Virus record (IMG/VR): IMGVR_UViG_3300015360_001243
Location: 1 to 49,998 of that record
DNA length: 49,998 bases
DNA from: a virus
Taxonomy: Duplodnaviria; Heunggongvirae; Uroviricota; Caudoviricetes
Reading direction: 5' to 3' (one strand)
Shown: positions 15,065-23,516 of the stretch, piece after piece
How the letters are laid out: each line of letters starts with the position of its first letter
Position numbering within the stretch: position 1 is the first letter of the stretch
The notes under the pieces: generated by a model
Told to the model about the DNA's origin: nothing
The model's database searches: none
Seen by the model: the letters and a program-made list of their open reading frames with translations, nothing else
Position numbers and translations under genes: made by a program

Positions 15065-15840
15065 TTTTGATTACTCAACCGAGAGTCGGCAAATCTCACA
15101 ATGAGATTCTGGCTTTACAGATGGCGGCTCGTGAATTGGGGTGGGAAGTGCTTCCCGCACCCTATGGTTGGCGTTTGGATGAAGAGCTGACGGCTAAAGG
15201 CCTCAAAGGAGTTCCTTATGGATCTTGGACCTTCGGCGAAGTTATTGCTCAGCAGATGGGGTGGGAGTTGAAGCGTAATGCTTTTGATTGGCTTGCCAAG
15301 CTTCCCATTGAATATACTAAACGTAAAGTTGAATTCATGACCTTGGGCGAGGCCAAGAAGATTACTGAGCGCAAATTCATTAAGCCGGCCGATGATAAGT
15401 GCTTTGATGCTAAGGTGTATGAGCCTGGCACATTCAATCCAGCTAGTGTCATTGAAGATAATTACCCCACTCTTGTCTCTGATCCAGTTGAATTTACTAT
15501 GGAGTATCGTTGTTTTGTAGAACTTAATAAGTTCGTTCAAAGGCCACAGGTTACTACTTGGTCTAATTATATTTACCATGAACACCTAGCTGACCCGAAA
15601 TATTGGGACGCGGTTCCAGCTAATGCTGGCTGCCTGCCCAATGAATTTGTTAATAATATGTTAAGCATAACTCATAGAAATGGTTTGGAAACTGTTCCAT
15701 CAGTAGTGGATGTTGGTTATATTCCTGGTAAGGGCTGGGCAATTATAGAAACCAATGAGGCGTATGCTTCAGGCCTTTATGGTTGTGATCCGACTGAAGC
15801 CCTATTAGTCATGGGGATGGCCTGCGAGAAATCATCTTAG
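15061..15840 (+). CDS. ATP-grasp protein (R2K/DUF4343-like)
   Basis: FIKP, VSDPV, EYRCFV, VVDVG, IIETN...SGLYG. Confidence 0.8.
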   Translation: MILITQPRVGKSHNEILALQMAARELGWEVLPAPYGWRLDEELTAKGLKGVPYGSWTFGEVIAQQMGWELKRNAFDWLAKLPIEYTKRKVEFMTLGEAKKITERKFIKPADDKCFDAKVYEPGTFNPASVIEDNYPTLVSDPVEFTMEYRCFVELNKFVQRPQVTTWSNYIYHEHLADPKYWDAVPANAGCLPNEFVNNMLSITHRNGLETVPSVVDVGYIPGKGWAIIETNEAYASGLYGCDPTEALLVMGMACEKSS

Positions 15841-15861
15841 ATGATAGAATAGTGTGGGGTT

Positions 15862-16284
15862 ATGAGTGCTCTTCTTCTTTTTCTCTGTGTAGTATTGTGG
15901 GGAATAAGTACTTTCCTTAATAGATTATCGGTAGAGCACCTACCCCCTTTATTAATGCAAGTGATTGTTGGATTAGTCTTTGTGGTATACATGCCACTTG
16001 CTTTTAGATTAGAGGGTGTAAGTAACCCTTTAACTTATAAATGGGCAATACATAGCGTTATACTTACAGTCTTGGCCACGATCATATCGATTGCGGCCAA
16101 CGTCTTCTTATATATGTACCTCAAGGGGAACAGCGCAACCGGATCATCAACAATGGTTCTTTCATTGTATCCGGTAGTTACCTTGATTTTATCTTACTTT
16201 TTCTTGCACGAGCAGTTCTCTGGGACCAAAGTTGCTGGAGTTGTTGCAATGATTATTGGTTCAATTCTATTATGTTGGAAGTGA
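15862..16284 (+). CDS. EamA/DMT-family small membrane transporter
   Basis: LWGISTF start; LYPVVTLILSYFFLHEQFS...AGVVAMIIG; about 5 TM segments. Confidence 0.85.
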   Translation: MSALLLFLCVVLWGISTFLNRLSVEHLPPLLMQVIVGLVFVVYMPLAFRLEGVSNPLTYKWAIHSVILTVLATIISIAANVFLYMYLKGNSATGSSTMVLSLYPVVTLILSYFFLHEQFSGTKVAGVVAMIIGSILLCWK

Positions 16285-16287
16285 AAT

Positions 16288-16950
16288 ATGGCCACGCTTG
16301 AAGAGATTGAAGCATCAACCAAGGGATTCCATCTTGGGGTGGATGAGGTTGGTAATGGTGCTCTAGCTGGTCCCGTCGTGGTTGGTGCTGTTCGCGCCCC
16401 CAAGGATTGGTCCCTAGAAGGCCTCAATGATTCTAAGAAATTGTCTGAAAAGAAGCGCGATGCCATGCGCCTCAAGCTGCTTGAATTGATTGAGAAAGGC
16501 GTCATCAGTTACCATTTGGCCGAGCGTTCCAATATTGAAATTGATAAGCTTGGTATTGTTGGCGCTCTGAACGCTGCGTATGTTGAGTCCTTCCACAAAC
16601 TTTACCAACCTGATACCCTAATTATTATGGATGGTATTTTTAAATTTGACAATCTTGGAGTGGATGCTTATGATAAAACCTGGCTTATTAAAGCCGACTC
16701 CAAGATTCCAGCCGTCATGGCCGCCAGCATCTTAGCTAAGACCTATCGTGATGGTTTAATGAAGCAATACCATTTACAGTATCCGGTATATGGATGGGAT
16801 ACTAATGTAGGTTACGGAGGTAAGGCCCACCTTAATGGTATCAAGGAACACGGACCATGTCCTTTGCATAGGTATTCTTATGCGCCAATGAAAAACATTG
16901 AGGTTGCTACTAGTATTCCACAATTAGGATTTGATTTTTATGAGCAATGA
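16288..16950 (+). CDS. rnhB: Ribonuclease HII
   Basis: GVDEVG..ALAGPV, LNDSKKLS, IMDG, KADS, AASILAK, GY. Confidence 0.92.
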   Translation: MATLEEIEASTKGFHLGVDEVGNGALAGPVVVGAVRAPKDWSLEGLNDSKKLSEKKRDAMRLKLLELIEKGVISYHLAERSNIEIDKLGIVGALNAAYVESFHKLYQPDTLIIMDGIFKFDNLGVDAYDKTWLIKADSKIPAVMAASILAKTYRDGLMKQYHLQYPVYGWDTNVGYGGKAHLNGIKEHGPCPLHRYSYAPMKNIEVATSIPQLGFDFYEQ

Positions 16951-17164
16951 AATAAAAGTAAAGCAAGCTGCTTTCCGAGTGGCATTCTTGATGCCTCATC
17001 AGAAAATTGGTTCTATTATTGAGCTAGAAGCTTCGGCTCTTGCATTAGTTAATCCTTGTGTAGAGGTTTCAATCAATAAAGAGTCGCCCGAATATTTGGC
17101 CGGAGCCAATGACGCCCTAATGTTTTTAATTAAGTTTCTAAGGGAAAAGGGTCCACAAATCTAG
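16940..17164 (+). CDS. Hypothetical protein
   Basis: Short ORF overlapping the rnhB end. Confidence 0.5.
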   Translation: MSNEIKVKQAAFRVAFLMPHQKIGSIIELEASALALVNPCVEVSINKESPEYLAGANDALMFLIKFLREKGPQI

Positions 17165-17198
17165 GGATAATGGTATATATATATATAGAACACACCAT

Positions 17199-17273
17199 CG
17201 TGGTATAGCGTATTGGATGTGCGCCCGTCTCATAAGCGGGACAGAGTGGGTTCGATTCCCACTACCACGACCA
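17199..17273 (+). tRNA. tRNA-CAT (elongator Met or lysidine-type Ile)
   Basis: CGTGGTA/TACCACG with C1-G72 paired, so not initiator-like; CCCGT-CTCATAA-GCGGG; ACCA end. Confidence 0.85.
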
Positions 17274-17276
17274 TTT

Positions 17277-17351
17277 GGCCGATTAACTCAGCGGTAGAGT
17301 ATTGCCTTTACAAGGCGAGAGTCGGGGGTTCGAATCCCTCATCGGCTACCA
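17277..17351 (+). tRNA. tRNA-Val(TAC)
   Basis: TTGCC-TTTACAA-GGCGA; canonical D and T arms; ACCA end. Confidence 0.93.
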
Positions 17352-17358
17352 GTTTCAT

Positions 17359-17433
17359 GGGAGATTAGCTCAATGGTAGAGCATCGGTTTTACACTCCGA
17401 AGACTTAGGGTTCGATCCCCTTATCTCCTACCA
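17359..17433 (+). tRNA. tRNA-Val(TAC), second copy
   Basis: TCGGT-TTTACAC-TCCGA (U-U at 31-39); ACCA end. Confidence 0.88.
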
Positions 17434-17441
17434 AATACCAT

Positions 17442-17515
17442 GGGCGGTTAACTCAATGGCAGAGTGCTAGTATGACTTGCTAGCTACAGGGGTTCGATTC
17501 CCCTACCGCCTACCA
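17442..17515 (+). tRNA. tRNA-Val(GAC) with atypical loop
   Basis: CTAGT-ATGACTT-GCTAG (A32, U37, U38); GGGCGGT/ACCGCCT; ACCA end. Confidence 0.8.
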
Positions 17516-17727
17516 TGCGAAAACTGAGTATTTTTGATGATGGGCAAAGAATTGCTACTATCTCTTATGTAGATGGTAGCGTTTTTATTTTTGCCCGAAG
17601 CTCCTCCGAATGGAGCCAAATGAAAAGGTTGACTAGTTATATTAATCTTAATGATAAAGAATTTCTTGAAAAAGTTGCTAGCAAGGCCCACGAGTTCAAC
17701 TATAGTGCCGAGCTATCCGATTTTTGA
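17515..17727 (+). CDS. Hypothetical protein
   Basis: ATG shares the terminal A of the tRNA CCA. Confidence 0.45.
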   Translation: MRKLSIFDDGQRIATISYVDGSVFIFARSSSEWSQMKRLTSYINLNDKEFLEKVASKAHEFNYSAELSDF

Positions 17728-17914
17728 TATTGGCTCAGCATATCATAAACTATATGAAGCTAATGGTCAAAAGGAAGTTACATTGACTGTTGCCGAAGCC
17801 GACGCACTATTAGATTATCTACAATACGTAGCGTGGCTTACTAATCCTCCTAAGGATACAGAGTGGTATAAAACTTTAGCAAAGAGATCAAATGTCTTCA
17901 GTCGAAAATTATGA
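17651..17914 (+). CDS. Hypothetical protein
   Basis: ORF track; start uncertain because of a 77-nt overlap. Confidence 0.45.
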   Translation: MIKNFLKKLLARPTSSTIVPSYPIFDIGSAYHKLYEANGQKEVTLTVAEADALLDYLQYVAWLTNPPKDTEWYKTLAKRSNVFSRKL

Positions 17915-18161
17915 CGGGCTGTGTGGGATTATTCCTACGTTCTCTCATTCTGGATTGCAGATACGTTGTACTCATGAGTTAGGCCATGGTGGACCTTGCA
18001 CTTTTGAAAAGTATCGAAGGTATTTTTATTCTACGGCCGGAAGTTTTGCCGCCCCACCTCTCCCTGAAGAGGGGTTTCTTAATTCTGTTATGGGAAGTTT
18101 ATCCTATGATCATCATTCAATAATGATTGAGTCAGATAATAAATTCAAAATTAGAAAATGA
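17892..18161 (+). CDS. Hypothetical protein
   Basis: ORF track; C...RCTHELGHGGPC motif. Confidence 0.5.
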   Translation: MSSVENYDGLCGIIPTFSHSGLQIRCTHELGHGGPCTFEKYRRYFYSTAGSFAAPPLPEEGFLNSVMGSLSYDHHSIMIESDNKFKIRK

Positions 18162-18469
18162 AAGAGTCTGAACTAAAACTTTTAGAGACGTTAGTTTCTC
18201 TTTTTGAAAGAGAAACTATGTTCTCTTCCCGCCCAGAGTATGATCACCCTTATTATAAAACAGTGGTGGCTTGGGGCAAGCAAAGACCGAATGACATTAT
18301 TCCTTGGTTATTGAATCATATCAAGACCAACTGGCATTGGTGTGGAGCTTTATGGATGATTGTGGGCAAAGAAAAAGCCCCGCATGTTCCAGAGGAACAT
18401 GCAGGGCGGGGGGTCTTTATCTCACAAGCTTGGACCACATGGGGTCAAGCTAATGGGTATATATTATAG
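18158..18469 (+). CDS. Hypothetical protein
   Basis: ATGA coupling; HPYYKTVVAWG...IIPWLL. Confidence 0.6.
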   Translation: MKESELKLLETLVSLFERETMFSSRPEYDHPYYKTVVAWGKQRPNDIIPWLLNHIKTNWHWCGALWMIVGKEKAPHVPEEHAGRGVFISQAWTTWGQANGYIL

Positions 18470-19366
18470 TTGAGTCCAAGTGAAGGCTGAACCGTCAAAT
18501 GCCCAAGTATCTTGGAACGTATCGTTACCGTTAGTTCCACCCATAAGAAGAGTCTTGCCGGTTTGTGCATCATAGCACATCTGAGCGCCCTTACGAGCTG
18601 ATGGAGAAGTTGCTGGGGCTCTCTTGGTCCATGCAGTTGCACCAGTGTTTAGAGTCCAAGTTTCATTGTTTACATCGTATCCATTACTTCCACCGAATAG
18701 AACGTATAGGTTGTTAGCTACGTTGTAGACTAAGCTTGCACCTTCACGGGCTGGAGGTGGGGTAGTTGGAGATGCTTGAGTCCATTGGGTACCGTCGAAG
18801 GTCCAAGTGTCACCTAGTAACTCAGCGCCGTTTTTTCCACCGAATAGAGCAGCCTTGGTTACTCCGCCAGCCAAACCGAAGTCAGTTCTAGCAGATGGGT
18901 TGTTGGTAGAAGCGGCCTTGGTCCAGGTAGCAACGTAGCCGTCCCATACCCAAGTCTCATTAGTAAGGTCAAGCATAGATGCTCCACCGAACATAACAGT
19001 CTTTAGAGATCCTGAAATAAGGGCCATCTCAGCTTGGAAGCGAGCGAAAGGAACAGTTGCTGGGGCTAGCTTTGCCCAAGTAGTTCCGTTCCAGGACCAA
19101 GTGTCTTGGCAAGGGCCAGCGGCTTGTTCACGTCCACCGAACATGATTACGTTGTAACCATCGTAAGATAGAGCGAAGTCAGAACGCTTTGGAGTTGGTG
19201 AGGTTGCTGGAGCTGCTTGAGTCCAATCAGTACCGTTCCAAGTGAAAGTAGCATTTTGTAGCTTAGCAAATCCTGGAAAACTACCAGTATCTAATAGGGC
19301 TACTTCATTGGCTCCACGTTGGGCCATGGCAGAAAAAGAGCAACGAAATGGGTTATTAGCAGGCAT
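18464..19366 (-). CDS. Kelch/beta-propeller repeat protein
   Basis: Five repeats of FGG...DTW.(W/F)(N/D)G..W...P...P..R. Confidence 0.85.
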   Translation of the reverse strand: MPANNPFRCSFSAMAQRGANEVALLDTGSFPGFAKLQNATFTWNGTDWTQAAPATSPTPKRSDFALSYDGYNVIMFGGREQAAGPCQDTWSWNGTTWAKLAPATVPFARFQAEMALISGSLKTVMFGGASMLDLTNETWVWDGYVATWTKAASTNNPSARTDFGLAGGVTKAALFGGKNGAELLGDTWTFDGTQWTQASPTTPPPAREGASLVYNVANNLYVLFGGSNGYDVNNETWTLNTGATAWTKRAPATSPSARKGAQMCYDAQTGKTLLMGGTNGNDTFQDTWAFDGSAFTWTQL

Positions 19367-19447
19367 AGTGATTCTCCAAAAATTGGGTCAAGTTAATTGT
19401 TCTAAACTTACCTTAATGTAAAAGAATACATAGAAATTGATAGATGT

Positions 19448-21547
19448 TCAACTGATTACAGATAGGTACTTTAGATATAGTTTTCTAGCTGTTTTGTAAA
19501 GTTCAGTGGCCTTTTTTGCTTCCTTCTCAAAGAACTGTCCCTCTAAGCCGAAGGGCTTATTTTCAGAGGGGGTAAAGAAATTTTCCTTGGGAGTTTTATC
19601 ATACAATGATTTGGGCGGCTCATTTTGTTTAAGAGCCATGCCGCTCTCGTAGGTGTGCCAGAAAATCTTTTTGAAATTGTTACGTTTTGCAAACCTAGAT
19701 ACGGCCTGTGAAGCTATGTTAGGGAAATCATTAAGTATACCGGAATAGACTGTAAGCAAATTATTTAGTCCAGCATCATCTAAACCGTATTGGTTTTTCA
19801 AACCAGTTCTAATTTGATCTATTTCTTCACCAGAAGATTGAAGTTCTAGATCAGGAGGGATCTGGCCCTTTTCAAGAGCTTGAGTAAGTTCTTCGCCAGT
19901 TTTCATTTTTCCAAGGCGCATATAAATTTCGCGAAGTCTCATAACATCTTCATCATTATGATATTGTGGATTTTTCATAACCGCAATAGGATCGTCGATG
20001 TCTGGATATTTTTCATCCAATTTATCTTCAAGTTGTTTTTTTACCATCTTGTCGGCTAAAATTAAATCAAGTTCTTCATCGGTTCTTTGATATTTTCTTT
20101 TGTAAATAGCCCTGAGAGTTTGAATATCTTCGTCTTGTTGCAGGTCTTTATTAATTAATAATTGATTAACTCCAAGATCATTTGTATGATATTTCTCTAT
20201 TAAAGAATTTTTAATGGTTGTAACTTTACTATATTCTTGAGCGCCTTTAAGTTGGAAGGCGGCATTAGAATGGTCACTTTGGATTTCATCGACAAGAAGA
20301 TATTCGCCTTCGGGATCTAATTCAACTCTAATCCAACCAATTTGATCTTTGACATAAGGATGAGTAGATTTATCAGAAACAGTATTTACTTTATCAAATA
20401 GGTCATATAGAGCAGGATTTGCGTTCATCTTGGAAAGCATTTCTGGACTGGCCACAACGTTGATAACTAGTTGTGCATTATTATTGGGCCTATTGCCTCT
20501 AGTCAAACTATCAATAGAACGTTGAACACCATCCCAAGCAGTGTAATCCACGGGAAATTCTTCTGGCGATAATGACTCTCTATACGCTTTAACTAATTCA
20601 ACTGTTATTGGTTTTCCTTTGGAAAAAGCAATTAAATCAGCTAAACCATTAGCAAGGGCAGGATGTTTAGATTTTAATTCTTTTACTGTAAGCGGTAAGA
20701 GTTTGTAAAGAGGATTTATGAATCTATCTTTCTTTGTATAAGTAAATTCAGAGAAGTTCCCGGTGTACTTGACATAAGCGGCTGGGCCATGCTTCGTGGC
20801 GCACTCTTCGCAATAATAGTCTCCGTCCACTTCTTCGGTGTCTGACTTCTCAATTTCTTTATCGCAATCTTCGCACTTGGTAAACTTTTTACGATAACAG
20901 TAATCACAAAACTCTCCTACGTTATCAACATAAGTTACGCTATCGTTATCATGCGTTTCTCCGCATTCTTCACAAGTTCTAAAGTTTTCGGAGTGACAAT
21001 CCTCGCACCAATCTTGATCTTGTTCATGGTACGTGTTGTCTTTATCAACAATCTTGCTACATCCACTGCACTCTTCACAGCACCTTTTACAGCCACCCTG
21101 CTTCATACTCCAGGTGTTACGACGTGTTGGCGGAAGAAGTTCTTTTACATCAATAGTCTCATTACAATTAGGGCATTCTGTAAATTTGTTGCTATAGCAT
21201 TCGTCACAGAACCATTCTCTTTGGCTCCATCTATCTTCTTTGTACTCATGCATACTGTATTTCATATGCTTGGTGTAGCAATCTTCACACTCTGCAACGT
21301 GAGCAGAGCAGACCTGAGTACCAGTTTCTGGATCGGTAAAAGCTACCGCAGGATCCATTTTACTAGGACAAGTCTCTCCATCATGGTTGTATCCACAAGG
21401 AGCATTACGAGCTTTAACCCAATCTGGAGTCATACCAGTGTTTGGGACGTAGGGAGCTTGCTGCGGCGCTTGAATAGGCTCAGAGACAGGGGCAACGGGT
21501 ATTTGCTCTGGCTCCTCGACAATTTCTGGATTTTGTTCGTCTGTCAT
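19448..21547 (-). CDS. Large protein with tandem CxxC Zn-ribbon repeats and a C-terminal GWIR...DEIQSD domain
   Basis: More than 10 CxxC pairs in the N-terminal third; IGWIRVELD...LLVDEIQSD; start moved from 21622 to MTDEQ (21547). Confidence 0.7.
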   Translation of the reverse strand: MTDEQNPEIVEEPEQIPVAPVSEPIQAPQQAPYVPNTGMTPDWVKARNAPCGYNHDGETCPSKMDPAVAFTDPETGTQVCSAHVAECEDCYTKHMKYSMHEYKEDRWSQREWFCDECYSNKFTECPNCNETIDVKELLPPTRRNTWSMKQGGCKRCCEECSGCSKIVDKDNTYHEQDQDWCEDCHSENFRTCEECGETHDNDSVTYVDNVGEFCDYCYRKKFTKCEDCDKEIEKSDTEEVDGDYYCEECATKHGPAAYVKYTGNFSEFTYTKKDRFINPLYKLLPLTVKELKSKHPALANGLADLIAFSKGKPITVELVKAYRESLSPEEFPVDYTAWDGVQRSIDSLTRGNRPNNNAQLVINVVASPEMLSKMNANPALYDLFDKVNTVSDKSTHPYVKDQIGWIRVELDPEGEYLLVDEIQSDHSNAAFQLKGAQEYSKVTTIKNSLIEKYHTNDLGVNQLLINKDLQQDEDIQTLRAIYKRKYQRTDEELDLILADKMVKKQLEDKLDEKYPDIDDPIAVMKNPQYHNDEDVMRLREIYMRLGKMKTGEELTQALEKGQIPPDLELQSSGEEIDQIRTGLKNQYGLDDAGLNNLLTVYSGILNDFPNIASQAVSRFAKRNNFKKIFWHTYESGMALKQNEPPKSLYDKTPKENFFTPSENKPFGLEGQFFEKEAKKATELYKTARKLYLKYLSVIS

Positions 21548-21608
21548 GCTACAGAAATATTGTTTTATTGCCCGACTTGACAAGATAATAATCAGACATA
21601 TCCTTAGG

Positions 21609-22946
21609 ATGAAGAGCCCCAATTACTCAAGATTATTAAAATTAGCTGATACTTTTCTTACAGCCGCCCTTAAAATAGAGGAACGCTATTGGGTATTAGG
21701 CAGTTTATTTTCTTTAGCTGAGGATGAATCTGTTCTTCCTCCACCCAAGTTTCCTAAGTTTAGAGGGATGTTAGGTTATCTTGGAGTTGTCGCCAGTGAT
21801 GAGGATTGGAATACCTGGTTCAGTACTAACGCTTCGGTTTTAGGCGACCTGCCCTACAAACATTGGGCAAGAGAGGGCTCTCCGTTATCTATTTTTTGTG
21901 AAGTCATTTCTCCTTCAGGAAACAAATACATTCAGGTTTATATTAGAAATGATAGTCAAGAGCCTGATAAAATTGATGTTACTTCAGCATCTCATCTTAA
22001 AGGTATAGGCGCTATTCCTCAGCTATGGATGTTCTCTGGGCCATATATTGGCGAGCAATCAGCACCTTTGTCCAAGCAAGTTGCTTACTACGATTGGTTT
22101 TCTCAAAGTGTTTCAAATATTACGGGAGGTCAATTTGATTTTGATTTCTCAACTAATATGGAGGCTTTTGTCATTGGACACAAATTAAAACTAGATGCTC
22201 TTCGAAAATGGTTTAAGTATGAACCAAAGTTGTTGGGTGGAGGATCAGACGGTACTGCTTGGGATATTGGTAATCGTCGAATTCTAAAAATCTTTTCTGA
22301 TCCTGTTTCTTATAATCACGCGCTTCAAGCGGTAGATCGTATTCACAATAATCCTTCTCTTGCTAAAACTGAAGCAATGATTTACGATGTAGGTGAGATT
22401 GGAAAGTTTGGTAATCATCCAATCTATTTTTATATTATGGAAAGAATGGCCCCAGTTACTGAAATCAATGGCCTTAAAGAAGATTTAAGACATATTGTAA
22501 GTACTATTGTTAGTAAAATCTACAAAGAAAGAGATTACTGGCGAGATATCAAAAAGAAAGATATCAAAAAAGATTCAAAATTAATCCAATCTAAAGTAAA
22601 AGAAGCGGCCAGCAGATACGCAAACGAAATCAAAACTAAGAATGGACCTTTCGTTCGAGGTGTAGAAAATACTTATTTATTAAATAAAGTAAAAGTAGAT
22701 AAGAAAGATCCCAATGAACATGACGTTCCTCTTAATAAAAATTGGCTAACTTCGTTAGCTGAAGAAGTAATTGTAAAATACTTAACTGGTCGAACAGATT
22801 TACATATGGGTAACCTTGGGGTAACTGCATATGGTGATTTTAGATATTTTGATCCTGCTTTTGAGAGCTGGACTTCTAATGTCAATATGGGCGGGGGTGT
22901 AGTGCCGAACCCAGAAGCAGATCCAATTGATTGGGGAGATATTTGA
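21609..22946 (+). CDS. Atypical protein-kinase-like fold protein
   Basis: LGGGSDGTAW (Gly loop), ILKIF, YIMERM, DLHMGNLG, YFDP; start moved to MKSP (21609). Confidence 0.75.
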   Translation: MKSPNYSRLLKLADTFLTAALKIEERYWVLGSLFSLAEDESVLPPPKFPKFRGMLGYLGVVASDEDWNTWFSTNASVLGDLPYKHWAREGSPLSIFCEVISPSGNKYIQVYIRNDSQEPDKIDVTSASHLKGIGAIPQLWMFSGPYIGEQSAPLSKQVAYYDWFSQSVSNITGGQFDFDFSTNMEAFVIGHKLKLDALRKWFKYEPKLLGGGSDGTAWDIGNRRILKIFSDPVSYNHALQAVDRIHNNPSLAKTEAMIYDVGEIGKFGNHPIYFYIMERMAPVTEINGLKEDLRHIVSTIVSKIYKERDYWRDIKKKDIKKDSKLIQSKVKEAASRYANEIKTKNGPFVRGVENTYLLNKVKVDKKDPNEHDVPLNKNWLTSLAEEVIVKYLTGRTDLHMGNLGVTAYGDFRYFDPAFESWTSNVNMGGGVVPNPEADPIDWGDI

Positions 22947-22985
22947 AAAACATAGCGATAATATGATATATATTAACGCAACCAC

Positions 22986-23059
22986 GCGGGGTTGGCATAT
23001 TGGCTGTGTCCTAGCCTTCCAAGCTAGTCAAAGGAGTTCGATTCTCCTACTCCGCTCCA
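22986..23059 (+). tRNA. tRNA-Gly(TCC)
   Basis: CTAGC-CTTCCAA-GCTAG; U73; CCA. Confidence 0.92.
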
Positions 23060-23087
23060 GGTAAGATGATAATTGAAGTAAGTGTAA

Positions 23088-23162
<75 letters not shown>

Positions 23163-23170
23163 AGACGAAT

Positions 23171-23251
23171 GCCGATGTGGATTACATGGTAAACAATCAG
23201 GCCGCAATCCTGATCTAGCTGGTTCAATTCCAGCTCGGAAACTCGCAAGAG
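23171..23251 (+). pseudogene. Degenerate tRNA-Cys(GCA)-like element
   Basis: TCAGG-CCGCAAT-CCTGA and GCTGG-TTCAATT-CCAGC arms; only 4 bp of acceptor (CCGA/TCGG); no CCA, followed by a CTC-GCAA-GAG hairpin. Confidence 0.55.
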
Positions 23252-23291
23252 GATCTTAAATAAAAATCTCATCATTTTAGTCGTCTATTAA

Positions 23292-23365
23292 GCGGTTGTA
23301 ATTCAATGGTAGAACTTGTGGTTGCCATCCACAGAACATCGGTTCGATTCCGATTAACCGCTCCA
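23292..23365 (+). tRNA. tRNA-Gly(GCC), second copy
   Basis: TGTGG-TTGCCAT-CCACA; GCGGTTG/TAACCGC; TCCA end. Confidence 0.92.
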
Positions 23366-23390
23366 GGTAAGTGCAAAGCAGTTAAATTTC

Positions 23391-23418
23391 AACCATCTTC
23401 TAGGTGGTTTTTTATTTT
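23391..23418 (+). terminator. Intrinsic terminator after the Gly tRNA cluster
   Basis: AACCATC-TTCTA-GGTGGTT followed by a T-run. Confidence 0.7.
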
Positions 23419-23472
23419 GTACATTTAGAGTCACGATATATGTTTGACGACCGCAAAAAAATGCGGGCCGCC

Positions 23473-23500
23473 TTGACAACTATTTTTTAAGATTTACATT
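23473..23500 (+). promoter_or_regulatory. Sigma70-like promoter for tsf
   Basis: TTGACA-N16-TACATT, then GAGG SD and ATG 23517. Confidence 0.55.
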
Positions 23501-23516
23501 TCAACGAGGACGCAAA

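Noticed and set aside
17174-17187. (TA)n microsatellite upstream of tRNA-Met
   Set aside because: Short; most simply an expanded copy of the TATAT promoter-like motif.
20951-21580. 209-aa plus-strand ORF, and other long shadow ORFs (230-535, 15115-15585, 23487-23966, 34822-35505, 36330-37016, 49103-49471)
   Set aside because: Each lies antisense to a motif-supported gene and lacks recognisable motifs.
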